This document shows positions 14,436 through 27,735 of a stretch of 64,000 nucleotides of DNA, piece by piece. The DNA lies in the NCBI RefSeq assembly GCF_006345805.1, contig NC_043015.1:44082001-44146000 (forward strand). The letters are read 5' to 3'. Position 1 is the first letter of the stretch. Every line of letters starts with the position of its first letter. Made by a program: the position numbers and the translations under genes. Origin of the DNA: Octopus sinensis. Lineage: Eukaryota. Below the pieces are notes generated by a model that saw nothing but the letters and a program-made list of their open reading frames with translations, did no database searches and was not told where the DNA came from.

Positions 14436-14904
14436 TATATATATATAATATATATATATATTATATATATACATATGTATATACATACATATATACATAA
14501 ATACACATACACACATACACATACATAAACACATGCATATGTACATACATATGTGAGGGTATATATATGTGTGAGTGTCAATGTCTAGAAAGGGCAGTGC
14601 GTTTACGTAAATTATTATGCAAAACAAAAACCCCTTCGTAACTCTGCCGTTTTAATTTCCTCATGACACGATTTATTGTTGAATGGGTGCGTTTGAAAAG
14701 TCGTAAGCAGTGCGCTTGAGTAGGAATTAGTGTTTTGTGCGCGCATCTCAACGGTTATATGTATGTACGTTTGTTTGCGCATGCTTACTAAAACGTTTCC
14801 TCATGCAATAGAGCAAAAAAAAAAAATAATAACCGTGACATTTATCATTCAATGCTTTGAATACATCGCGAGTTGTAAAAAGATTTAATATATTTGTACG
14901 TTAC

Positions 14905-14988
14905 CATTAGGTTTTGGCATTTTGGACATTGAAATTTCTGAGTCGGGTTCCATTCTTTGTTTCTCGTCTTCATCGTCACTGTCATCCT
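14905..14988 (-). CDS. Acidic cytoplasmic exon, copy A
   Basis: Acceptor ttttattttacatag and donor GTAACG; 84 nt, phase 1-1; (E)DDSDDEDEKQRMEPDSEISMSKMPKPN; in frame with the TM exon. Confidence 0.75.
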
Positions 14989-15659
14989 CTATGTAAAATA
15001 AAAGAAAATTGTGAAAAAATGTGAAAATTGTGTAAAAATGTGAAAATTGTGAATTCATTTCCACTTTTTAACGAATACATTATGCTAGTTTTATTTTGAA
15101 ATATAAGGAAATATTTATATATATCTCGTTTTTGAGAAATTAGGCTTCTCAAAACCAGAAAGCCGAAAGCTAGTTCGAAGACTACAGATCCAATCCGTCT
15201 TTACAATTGTAAAAATGTGTAAAACGTTAAGAGTTTATCATTTGTAAAAGTTTATCATTTAAGTATATATGAGCATGTCTAGATATGCAACTATATGCAT
15301 GAGAATATATACATAACACAAAACATACAAATCTGCACACATACATACATGTTTACGCACATACATATATACGTACATACACACACATACATTCATAATA
15401 AATACATACATACACACATATATACATGGGTGGATGCATGCAGTTCCTGTGTACCAAATTCATTCACAAGGCCTTGCTCGGATCGTCACTCGTTATAAAT
15501 CATTTGTCCAAAGTGTCGTGCACTGGAACCCGTAACCATGTGGTAGTAAAGCGAGCTTCTTAACCTCACTGCAATATTTATGCCTTTTTATTTATAAGAT
15601 GTGAACGATATATACGTAGCATCAACAAAAGCGCTTCTTCACTCATTCGTATATATATA

Positions 15660-15703
<44 letters not shown>

Positions 15704-16027
15704 TATATATAAACGGAATGATAAACATGTAATTAAAAAAATGGCAAAAAATGTGACAGAACCAGGTGGCTTCCTCTCTCTCTCTCGTCTTTCTCTCTTT
15801 TTCTTCTTCTTCTCCCTCCCTCTCCTCATTCTCTCCTCTTTTCATCACACACACACGCGCGCATGCTCAAAAGCACACAAACACTCCCAAGTACACGCCC
15901 ACCCCGCAATTTTGCTTTGTTTCCGGACGGTGTTTGATTTCACGTATTTCACACGCGCAGAAGCAAATGCATGTGTGTGCGTATGCATGAGTCTATGAAT
16001 GTACGTATAGTATGTATATATGTGAAT

Positions 16028-16089
<62 letters not shown>

Positions 16090-16137
16090 AAGGAGCATGG
16101 CTTAGTTGCTAATGTGTTGTATTCATGATATACATAC

Positions 16138-16202
<65 letters not shown>

Positions 16203-16481
16203 ATACTTGATGCAATAGACCGTTGTTGCATGATCGTGTGAGCTAGATTGATATAAAAAAGAAGATTGACAAAGACCGAGGTGATTAATTAGTTAAACTT
16301 GAAATATCTATTCCAGTTGCTAAATTAGTTTTCGATTTGCAAAAGTTTTACCAACTGAAAGAATTGAAAATATTTTTATATATTTTACCAAAGATGTTAT
16401 ATAAAATCAGAATTTGTTTCATTATTATTATTATTATCATTATTATTATTATTATTATTATTATCATTATTATTATTATTA

Positions 16482-16530
<49 letters not shown>

Positions 16531-17205
16531 CATTATTATTTTATCGATTTTCTTCTGTTTTCTAGATTCCAGCGTAAGAAGGAATTAAACTGTAAAATTA
16601 CATTCACTTTTGAAATTTCGTGTTTTTTCTTATTGTTTTTATCATTTGTTTTTTTTTTTACATTCCTTTCGTTTTCATATTGTGTTCTTATAACTATTAC
16701 AACTATAATAAGTTTCTATCTAGTTTTTCTTTATCTGTGTCAGACATCTTTGCTATTGTTAGTACTGCTTTACGCATCCTAATGTTGCTTTAACGAAGAT
16801 GCAATATAAGCCTTTAAAAGAAGGCAGTTGAAAGGATGAGCTAGTCAATCGATTATATAATGCCAACACAAAGCCTTAGAATCCCGCGTGACTGTGGAAA
16901 GAATTTCTTTGACTGTTTCTTAAGTTCAAAATGGATACGTGTTTATACTAAATAACGCGTTCTTAATACGAGATTGCGAAAACAGCTCCATGGTCAAAGG
17001 TACAAAACAAAGCTTTCACACTTACGTCTCTGACAGGTGATACAGCACGCATGCTTTACAATCTATTTGTTTTGTTCTAGAATGGCATTGTAGGGCAGGT
17101 GTGAGAAGCCAGATCCAGCGAGTTTCAACTCAAAACAGGTGAAAATTTTAGCTTGGTATGACCGGTATGAATGGTAAAGGATTAAAATAAAACAAAGATA
17201 CTTAC

Positions 17206-17310
17206 CTGAATACTGTTTCCGCCTTTGACACCAACAACAAAACCCTAATAATATCAATGCTGCAAGTAAACAGCCAGCGGTTATACCAGCAATTTCCTCG
17301 ACACCCAGTT
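17206..17310 (-). CDS. Transmembrane exon of the same gene
   Basis: Acceptor ttttgattttccag and donor GTAAGT; 105 nt, phase 1-1. Translation (E)LGVEEIAGITAGCLLAALILLGFCCWCQRRKQYS is a hydrophobic helix followed by a Cys cluster and a basic stop-transfer patch. Confidence 0.88.
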
Positions 17311-17380
17311 CTGGAAAATCAAAAGTAAATACAAAAAAAATAAGGAACAGTAGGACATTTTATCATCATCATCATCATCA

Positions 17381-17423
<43 letters not shown>

Positions 17424-17549
17424 CATCATCATCATCATCATTATTATTATGTTTTTTCTTCAAATTTTCTTCCGTTTCTCGCCGAGTGTTTTCCATACAC
17501 CTAGGGCAAAGAAGCTCATTGCATTATTATTATTATTATTATTATTGTA

Positions 17550-17590
<41 letters not shown>

Positions 17591-17607
17591 GATTATTATT
17601 ATTATTC

Positions 17608-17822
17608 AGGTGGCGAGCTGGCAGAATCATTAACACGCCTGGCAATATGCTTGGCGGCATTTCGTCCGTCTTTACGTTCTAAGTTCAAATTACGCCGAGG
17701 TTAATTTCGCTTTTATCCTTTCGGGGTCGATGAAATAAGTACAAGTGAAACTCAGTGGGGTCAATATATTCGACTAGTCCCTTCCCCCGAAAATTTGAGG
17801 CCTTGTGCCTTTAGTAGAAGGA
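17608..17822 (+). mobile_element. SINE family A
   Basis: Full head-core-tail copy after (ATT)n. Confidence 0.85.
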
Positions 17823-17841
17823 GTTTTTCTTATTATTATTT

Positions 17842-18935
17842 TGCTAGGTATTTAGTTTGCAGGCACATCATCTTGAGGTTTAGGGGCAGCAAGTCGCCTG
17901 AAATCCCATGAATCTTTCTCAGGATTCTTGCAGAATATAAGATAGTACTTTTCTGAAGGTCGAAAATACAAGTTTTAATTCCAATAATTTTTTTCACTCT
18001 TTTAGACAGCATTTTGGGTGTTGCGCTAAGTGCAGCTATTACTACAGAAATAATTGTTGTCTTGACCTTCCAAGGTCACCTTAGTTCTTTGGCTACATCT
18101 TCATATTTCTTAAGTCTTTCTGTTTGTTTGGTATTGACTATACAGACATAGAGAATTGTAAAATCTATGATCTTGCACTGTTTGTTTATTTCGTCTCTTT
18201 GATCATGTCTGGTCTTCTTGTATCTATAGTATGGTCAGTTTTAATGGTGTAGTCCTATAAGATCTTGTATTGGGTTGTCCGGAAATTTCGTGCCGATTTT
18301 TAAATGAACGAAAAAGGTCAAATACTTTCCATTACATTTTTAATCAACCAAATATGAACCATATTGTTGCACAATGCGTCTCCATCTTTCCTTTAACTTG
18401 AAAATACCCTCTTCCCAGAATTGAGGTAGTTTCATGGCAAATAATTCATCAAGGTATCTTTTTACGTCATCCAAGGAATTGAAATTTTTACCATTAAGTC
18501 TATTCTGCAGAGACTTGAATGAGCAGAAATCTGAAGGAGCAATATCTGGTGAATATGGAGGGTGGGGTAACACATCCCAGCCGAGCTGCAGCAATTTATG
18601 TATGATTCCCAAAACATCAAGTGCCGAAAATTAACTTTTTTATCTTCCATTTTAGAGGGTTACAGAATCAACACAGGTTATAGGAACATAAACCTTCTTC
18701 CACGAAAAGATAGCTTAAACTGTGCTCTAAATGGAGGTGTAGTCAAATCCTATTTTATGGACTCAACCATGTTCTAAAATAAGTCGAAATATAAGCTACT
18801 ATAAATCGGCACGAACTTTCCGGACAACCAAATAATTCTCATTACCTATCACAGCCTCTAATTTGTGCCCATGCCACTTTGCGCGGGCTATTTTAATGCA
18901 ACCACTCAAAATTTGATTGATACCTTCTTTTGCTA
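17842..18935 (-). mobile_element. 3' fragment of an R4/Dong-type RLE non-LTR retrotransposon, split by the mariner
   Basis: Removing the mariner restores ILSGC...KWHGHKLEAVIGNEN|YKIL*DYTIKTDHTIDTRRPDM...KIIDF...KKYEDVAKEL...LQKSTILYSARILRKI, followed by an (AAT)n tail. Confidence 0.85.
18270..18832 (-). mobile_element. Internally deleted mariner (563 bp, non-autonomous)
   Basis: 30-bp TIRs (ttgggttgtccggaaatttcgtgccgattt, 2 mismatches) and TA duplication at 18268-9 and 18833-4; transposase N-terminus MEDKKVNFRHLM fused to the C-terminus WDVLPHPPYSPDIAPSDF. Confidence 0.93.
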
Positions 18936-20359
18936 TCATATAAGGCGGTGAGATGGTAGAATCATTAACACACAGGACAAAATGCTTAGCTGCATTTCTA
19001 CTGGATCTTTACGATCCGAGTACAAATTGGCCGAGGTCGACTTTGTATTTCATCTTTTCACGGTCGGTAAAATAAATACATCTGAGTCCTGGCGGAATCG
19101 CTACCGCACGGGACAGGACGCTTAGCTGCATTTCTATCACCCATCCATTCTGAGTTCAAATTTTGTCGTGGCCGACATTGCCTTTCCGCTGGGCCAATTA
19201 AACATGTACCAGTTAAACATTGGAGTTGATGTAATCGACTAACCCACGCTTTCCGCCCAAATTTCAGATCCTGTTCCCATTGTAGAAATTTATTTGGCCC
19301 CTTTGAAATTACATCTCATAACGTCACCTTACATCCCGGTTCATTTTATCGTACCACTTATATTCTTAATGAAATAACTACTAAATAAACAACAAAATAA
19401 CTATTGCATAAATAACTAAATCTTTCTAAGCGTTTAACCCATCATGGCTGCCGTCCAGTGATTAATAACTGTAAAACCGATAAAAAAAGAGAGCAGCAAC
19501 ACAAAATATTATAAATCAATGAAAAAGTTCCAGCCATCACAAGCCCATATTTAAACTGAGAAAGAGGTATTTATTGAACGCAGAGATTGTTGTACGTGAA
19601 ACAATATGGATGGGTTAATAATGGTCTTAGTAAAGGCGGTAGGCTTTTTTTTTCTTTTAAATAAACATTACTAAGTATAATTTATCAGAAGCAGACGATA
19701 GATGAATATGTGTTCGTATGAGAGCGTGTGAGTGTATGTATGTATGTATGCATGTAGGCATCTATGTAGGCATGAATGTATGTATGTATGATGTATGTAG
19801 GCATGTATGTATGTATGTATGTATGTATGTATGTATGTATGTATGTATGTATGTATGTATGTATCTTCTATTTTTTAATTATTATAAATCTTGCATTGAA
19901 GAGGGAGGTTTTCAGAAAAGATACATGTAGGTATGTATGCATGCATGTATATATAGATATATGTGTGTATGCTAGTGTGCCAGTGTGTGTGTATCTCTAC
20001 ATGTATTTACGTACATACTACATATATATACGCATATATGTATGCATTTGCATACACACTCACACATACACACACACATATACAAATATATATTTTTCAT
20101 TATATACACATATGTATATATACATATATATGTGTGTGCGTGTGTGTGTATCCATGTACACACACATGGTACACACACATGATATATGATGCTCATACAT
20201 CATATATGTATATATATATTTAACGTAGGATAAAATATTCGAAAAAAAAAAAGTTATCATGGCCAGCTATTAAAAAATACCTTAGTTATAAGTTATACAT
20301 ACATGCATATATATACATATATATACACACACACACATCACACAATATATATATATATA

Positions 20360-20397
<38 letters not shown>

Positions 20398-20597
20398 TAT
20401 ATACATATACTGTAAACACTCACCTGCTGGCAATGATGTGTCTTGTTAATGACTGCCAGCCAAGGAAGACTATTTGAAATGATGTAACAATATTAGTTTT
20501 ATTTCTCTTGATGAGAAAAAACGGAAAAATTTTTTTTAGATGTTCTCATCTCATTGACTTGAACTGTAAAGATGAATGCAATGAGCAACATTTAAAC

Positions 20598-20990
<393 letters not shown>

Positions 20991-21090
20991 TCTCTTAGCC
21001 AATCTCTATCTCTCTCCCTCTATCGTTCTAGTCATATTTTTCCAAAGACACACACAGACAGATAGATAGATAGACAAATAGAGAGAAACA

Positions 21091-21130
<40 letters not shown>

Positions 21131-21386
21131 TACACACACATTGAAAGCACATCAAGAAAGCACATATAATCGATACGAATATCAAATGTGATTCCAAAAA
21201 ATTCAGCGAATAAAAAACAAAACCAATTTGTCTGGCATGTAGACTTTCTTACGTACTTTACTTTCGTTAATATATAGGTATAATTTTTATCATTGTTACA
21301 TTAATAAGATTATTATTTTAATATTACTATAATTGTAATATTTTTCTATGTCGGATACAGTGTGCAAATGCACTTAGAAAGGAGGA

Positions 21387-21457
<71 letters not shown>

Positions 21458-22056
21458 GCATGTATGTCTATATCTCAGTTAGTGGGGGTGTGTGTATGTT
21501 ATGTATATTGGCTGTGAAGCTGTATGTATAAGTTGGTTAAATGATGGAGAGTTTCATGAAAGGTGCTACATACACGTATGGTTATAGAAAAATAAAAAGA
21601 GTCAACCATTAATTGAAGGTTAACTGAATAAATTGCAGTAAAATATCACAATTATTGCAAGGAAAAAGTTGGCAGTTACTTCGAAGTTACATACACGTAT
21701 ACATACGTGTTTATATTCGCAGATTTCACGCAGTCGTTAATCATAGTAATCCAGCTTTTCAGCGGTGTACAACATAAGGTTTTTTTTTAAACACATACAC
21801 ACACACACGCACACACACACACACACACACAGACACACACACAGACACACACACATACACACACACACACACGTGCAAACACACGCATACAAACATTTGT
21901 ACGTACATAAAACATTGCCCTTCAGGCTTTCGGGGTCTTTGAAATAAGTTCCAATTGAGAACTAGGGACGACGTTCAAATTTTCAGGCACTGTATCTATA
22001 GTGGAAAGGATCATTATCATTACACTCCTCCTCCTCCTCCTCCTCCTCCTATCAGT

Positions 22057-22245
22057 CGCCATGATAGATCGTTAGCCACTACCCACATTTTTTCCTCTCC
22101 TTGTTTTTTTTTTTTCTGCGTCCCTTTCTGTAGAAGAGCGTAGGCTCGAAACGTAAAGGACTCTTTCTATTCCTGAGCGTTATACTATTACATCTGATTG
22201 TTTTGTACACCACCTGTCTTCGGCTTTTGTTTTTTTCGTAACTCT

Positions 22246-22248
<3 letters not shown>
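22057..22248 (+). repeat. (TA)n-associated ~190-200 bp unit, family H1, with hammerhead-like motif
   Basis: Copies at 22548-22726 (-), 40951-41150 (-) and 60796-60994 (+); motif CTGTAGA-A-GAGC-gtag-GCTC-GAAA-CGTA. Confidence 0.85.
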
Positions 22249-22331
<83 letters not shown>

Positions 22332-22722
22332 TATGATGCAGCTCGGAATTTTGTCAGTGAAAAGGTCGCGGACTTAAAGTGCCAAAAATATTTTGGCAAA
22401 TTAAGTTAAAATATTCCAGTGAATCTAACGGTTTTTGTGTGTTTCGTAAGAAGCTTATAAACACCTTCCACCCTGCAATTGTTTTCGTTCCAGGGAACGA
22501 TCTCAGATCAACTCACTCGCTATGCAAGTACATCTCCGTATATATATAGTGAGAAATTACAAAAAAATAAGACGAAGACAGTGTGTAAACATCATACAGA
22601 TGTATTAGTTTAACACTCGGGAAGTAAGAAGTCTTTACGTTTCAAGCCTACGCTCCTCCACAGAAATGAATACAGAAATAAACAGGGAGAGAAAATAAAG
22701 AAAAAGGTTTAGTGGCTAGCGA

Positions 22723-22763
<41 letters not shown>

Positions 22764-23719
22764 ATATATAATATATATATACAAATATAAAAATATATAC
22801 ATAGATATATATATGTATATATACGTTTGAATATTTGTTGTGCAAGATTTTTTATGTGAAGTGTGTGTTTGAAACAGATTGTTATATTTCGGAATGGTCA
22901 TATTGCCAGTTAGCCAATAAAAACACACGCACTATATATTTGTGTTACTTGCTTCAGTGTTATTTATTTTTTACATTAATCTTAATCTTATTTCGGCCAG
23001 AGTTCTTTCGTCACACTCCTGTGACCGCATCAGTGGTCCTTTGTTTTCTTCTCACTTATTTGTGTCTCTCCTTACTAACCGTCAGCCATTTTGTATTTCT
23101 ATTGTATGTCTTCATTTGCGCATGCTTATATCTCTATGTGCGTTTATGTTTATTTAGTGTGTGTATGTGGGGGATGCCTGTAATATTTGTACCTTCTGTT
23201 TATATATGTTCATGTAATTTGTAATTTTATATGTTCATGTAATTTGTATTTTGTATTTTGTTTTTTGTCTTTGTTGTTTTTGTTTATTCTTATTTTGTTC
23301 ATGTGTTTACATCCACCCATTATTATCATTACATATGCTTGTATGTATGTATGTATGTATGTATGTATAACAACAATACTAGTAATAATAATAATAAATT
23401 GAATCGAAAAAAAAAGCCCAGTTCCTCTGTGTTGACATTGCGGAACTCCACCTTGCTCTCATTGATCATCTCCATGCACTTCTCCACCACAAAAACCACG
23501 TCGATCGATGTGGTCACAGGAGTGTGACGAAAGAACTCTGGCCGAAATAAGATTAAGATTAATGTAAAAAATAAATAACACTGAAGCAAAGTAACACCAA
23601 ATATATAGTGCGTGTGTTTTTATTGGCTAAACTGGCAATATGACCATTCCGAAATATAACATAGGTATATATATATGTATATATATATATTTATATATTT
23701 AAATACATACATTATATAA

Positions 23720-23756
<37 letters not shown>

Positions 23757-23831
23757 TATATATGCATATATATATTTTTATATAAATATGTATATGAATA
23801 TATATGTATGTATATATTATATATATGTATG

Positions 23832-23873
<42 letters not shown>

Positions 23874-24369
23874 CTCCCCGAGGCATATTGATTCTAATAG
23901 CGGAAACAGCCGTTAGCCAATGAATGTTATTACGTGACTCTTTCTCTATTGTCATTCAGTAAGTTATAAATACATGTGTATGTGCATGTGTGTGCGAGTC
24001 TGTATATGTATTTCTTCTATTGTTTTCAAGAGAACAATTATGTACACGGTCATTGAAAAAAAATTCAATATATTCAATTTAATAAAATATATCTATTGAT
24101 TTCGTTTTATTTTCGTCTTTGCTATTTGTTTTCCGTTTCGCTTTGTTTCAATAATGCTAATTTGTTGTTGCTATTTGTATAGTTGTGGTTATACTTATTG
24201 TTATTTCTGTTTTGTTTCTCTTTTATGTTTGTTGTTTTCTGTTGGTACGTTTTTCCTGGGGGTATTTTTGTAGTGCAGAATCTTCTATTGTTTGTTGTGT
24301 AATTACTAGTAACCACATGACCGGTAACGTAATGAGCCAGACAAACAACTAGCGAACGTACGAACGAAC

Positions 24370-25345
24370 GAACCATCTAGCCAGCCAACTAAAGAACTAT
24401 CACACCAACCAACCAACCGAACAACCATCCAACCAACCAACCAACCAACCAACCAACCAACCAACCAACCGACCAACCAACCAAACAACCAACCTACCAG
24501 CCAGCCAGCCCACCAACCAACCATCCAACCAATTCAATCAACCAACCAACCACCAAACAACAAACATACCAGCCAGCCAACCAAACCAAACATCCAACAA
24601 TCAATCAACCAACCAACCAACCAACCAGCCAGCCAGCCAACCAACCAGCCAGCCAACTAACTAACCATCCAACCGAACAACCAGCCAACCAACCAACCAA
24701 CCGTCCAACCGATAACCAAAAACCAAACAACCAAGCAACAACCAGCAACCAAGCAACCAGCAACCAAGCAACAACCACCAACCAACCAAACCAACCAACC
24801 AACCAACCAACCAAACAACCAACACACCAACCGAACAACCAGCCTACCAACCAACCAACCAACCAACCAACCGACCAACCAACCAAACAACCAACCTACC
24901 AGCCAGCCAGCCCACCAACCAACCATCCAACCAATCAATCAACCAACCAACCAAACAACCAACCTACCAGCCAGCCAACCAACCAACCATCCAACCAATC
25001 AATCAACCAACCAACCAACCAACCAGCCAGCCAGCCAACCAACCAGCCAGCCAACTAACTAACCATCCAACCGAACAACCAGCCAACCAACCAACCAACC
25101 GTCCAACCGACCAACCAACCAAACAACCAAGCAACCAACCAAGCAACAAGCAACCAAGCAACCAAGCAACCAAGCAACCAAGCAACCAAGCAACCAACCA
25201 ACCAATCAACCAACCAAACAACCAAACAACCAACCGAACAACCAGCCTACCAACCAACCAACCAACCAACCAACCGACCAACCAACCAACCAGCCAACTA
25301 AAGAACTAATACAACAACCAACCAGCCAACCAGCCAACGACCCAC
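24370..25345. repeat. Compound (CCAA)n-type array with higher-order duplications
   Basis: Variant blocks recur at ~24653/25051 and ~24490/24890/24960. Confidence 0.9.
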
Positions 25346-25881
25346 TGAACCAAAGATTCACCGCACCAAAGATCCAGCCATCCAATCGACCAATAAAACT
25401 AGTAATGCTCACCACTTGTACGTCGGAAGTACGTATATGGGGAGAACTCGTTTAGTGATCGCAAACGTTTGAACCAGACATAACTGGCAGAATCTCAAAA
25501 ACATTTAGCAAAAATATTTAGAACTTCCATCGGGGCGTCTCTCAATTACACTCGTGTGTATTAGGGAATAATACAAATTCGAAACAAGCATTTAACTAGC
25601 TCCGATGGGGTTTGCATTTTGCTGACATAAGGCCAATATGTGGTCAGCAGCAACGAGGGAATTAGTATTATCAAAACACAACAGCATTTATGGTAAGCAT
25701 CAGTAATTTGCGAAAGTTGATTGTTACAAATGGAAAACAAACACGAGCGGTATTGAATTGCGATATTGCAAAAAAGACGGCATTGAATTGCAACAGAAAA
25801 AAAGTAGTGGATGGAATTGCGAATGAGAGTTTTACAACACTTGTCGTGTGTTGCGTGTATACATATATACATACATATATT

Positions 25882-26264
25882 GGAAGCACTCCGTCGGTTA
25901 CGACGACGAGGGTTCCGGTTAATCCGATCAACGGAACAGCCTGCTCGTGAAATTAACGTGTAAGTGGCTGAGCACTCCACAGACACGTGTACCCTTAACG
26001 TAGTTCTCGGGGATATTCAGCGTGACACAGAGAGCGACAAGGCCGGCCCTTTGAAATACAGGTACAACAGAAACAGGAAGTAAGAGTGAGAGAAAGTTGT
26101 GGTGAAAGAGTACAGCAGGGATCACCATCATCCCCTGCCGGAGCCTTGTGGAGCTTTTAGGTGTTTTCGCTCAATAAACACTCACAACGACCGGTCTGGG
26201 AATCGAAACCACGACCCTACGACCGCGAGTCCGCTGCCCTAACCACTGGGCCATTGCGCCTCCA
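25882..26264 (-). mobile_element. tRNA-derived SINE, family B
   Basis: Full-length copy of 776-1158. Confidence 0.85.
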
Positions 26265-26298
26265 TACATACATATATATATATTATATATATATACAT

Positions 26299-26333
<35 letters not shown>

Positions 26334-26334
26334 T

Positions 26335-26380
<46 letters not shown>

Positions 26381-26446
26381 TATATATATATGTATCTTAT
26401 ATTATATGTATATACCATATATATAGATATAGATATAGATATATAT

Positions 26447-26671
26447 ACTCTTTACTCTTTTACTCTGTTACTTGTTTTCAGTCAGTTGACTGCGGCCATG
26501 CTGGAGCACCGCCTTCAGTCGAGCAACTTGACCCCGGGACTTATTCTTTGTAAGCCCAGTACTTATTCTATCGGTCTCTTTTGTCGAACCGCTAGGTGAC
26601 GGGGACATAAACACAGCAGCATCGGCCGTCAAGCAATGCCCGGGGAACAAACACGGATACACAAACATACA

Positions 26672-26717
<46 letters not shown>

Positions 26718-26878
26718 GACAGGCTTCTTTCAGTTTCCGTGTACCAAATCCACTCACAAGGCTTTGGTCGGCCCGAGGCTATAGTAGAAGACACTTGCTC
26801 AAGGTGCCACGCAGTAGGACTGAACCCGGAACCATGTGGTTGGTAAGCAATCTAATTACCACACAGCCACTCCTGCGC
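26447..26878 (-). mobile_element. Composite tRNA-derived SINE: family C head, internal (TA)/(TG)n, D tail ending (AAAGAGT)n
   Basis: Head ggagtggctgtgtggta at 26878-26715; tail ...ctccagcatggccgcagtca.ctgaaa.caagtaa..gagtaaaagagtaaagagta at 26660-26447. Confidence 0.8.
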
Positions 26879-27142
26879 CTATACCTATATATATATATAT
26901 ATATATATATTGTATATATATTTTTTATTCTTAAAGAATCATGTTGTTGACAGTGTTTTCGAAGTTTTGGCCAGCTACGATATCGTTGCTTCCCTACGTT
27001 GGTTTGGCTGGTCTTCGAAGTCACTGTCAACAACATTATTGTATAAGAATAATTAATTTGTACTCAACAAAAATATAGAGTAATTTATCACATTAATGTA
27101 AAATTGTTTTCATAATAGCTAGACATAATAACAAACATGAAG

Positions 27143-27184
<42 letters not shown>

Positions 27185-27559
27185 TAGGAACAACATCCTG
27201 GTGTGTTGCAGTATATGTAAATGAGGACAGGATGCATTTGATAATGTAGTCCAATATTGCATTAACTTGAAATGGGTTGATGGTCATATTTGGAATGTCT
27301 ATGATCATATCTCTGCTTCATGACGATTGATTTTGGACAAAAATAAAAACAATAATGAACAAGCAAAAAAGAAAGGCATCGGAGAGGCGATTCATACCCA
27401 GCGCACCGATAATTATTATTTTTCTTTTCAATTATCACCATTATAGGTATTTATATTCCGGCGAAATTAAGAAATCAACTTTTGAATAAACGAAACACTC
27501 GAATCCATCACTGTACTTACACACGCATAAACGCAAAGTCGCATATCTATGTATGTATA

Positions 27560-27735
27560 TATGTTTGTTTGAAGATAATCAAACCAAATGTTTATCATTC
27601 TGAGCCACTCACACAATGAGTATTTCTGCCAAATTTGGCGAAAATCCGTTCAGCCATTTTCCAGTAATTTTGCAAACACACAGACAGACAGAGAAAGACG
27701 AGGGATTACAATACCTTGCTGCGCAGGGTAAATAG
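27560..27735 (-). mobile_element. Fragment of a Helentron/DINE-like element
   Basis: gccaaatttggcgaaaatccgttcagcc, (acag)n and terminal acaataccttgctgcgcagggtaa. Confidence 0.35.

Larger units (their letters stand above)
13176..15651. repeat. Near-identical direct tandem duplication (units ~13176-14392 and ~14472-15651)
   Basis: Offset 1296 at the start and 1258 at the end; differences are a few substitutions, homopolymer indels and minisatellite copy number; breakpoints lie in (TA)n. Confidence 0.95.

Noticed and set aside
20424-20470. Strong GTGAGT donor with upstream AGs on the gene strand
   Set aside because: The good acceptors give the wrong phase or a stop; only a weak 18-nt option fits, which is unsupported.
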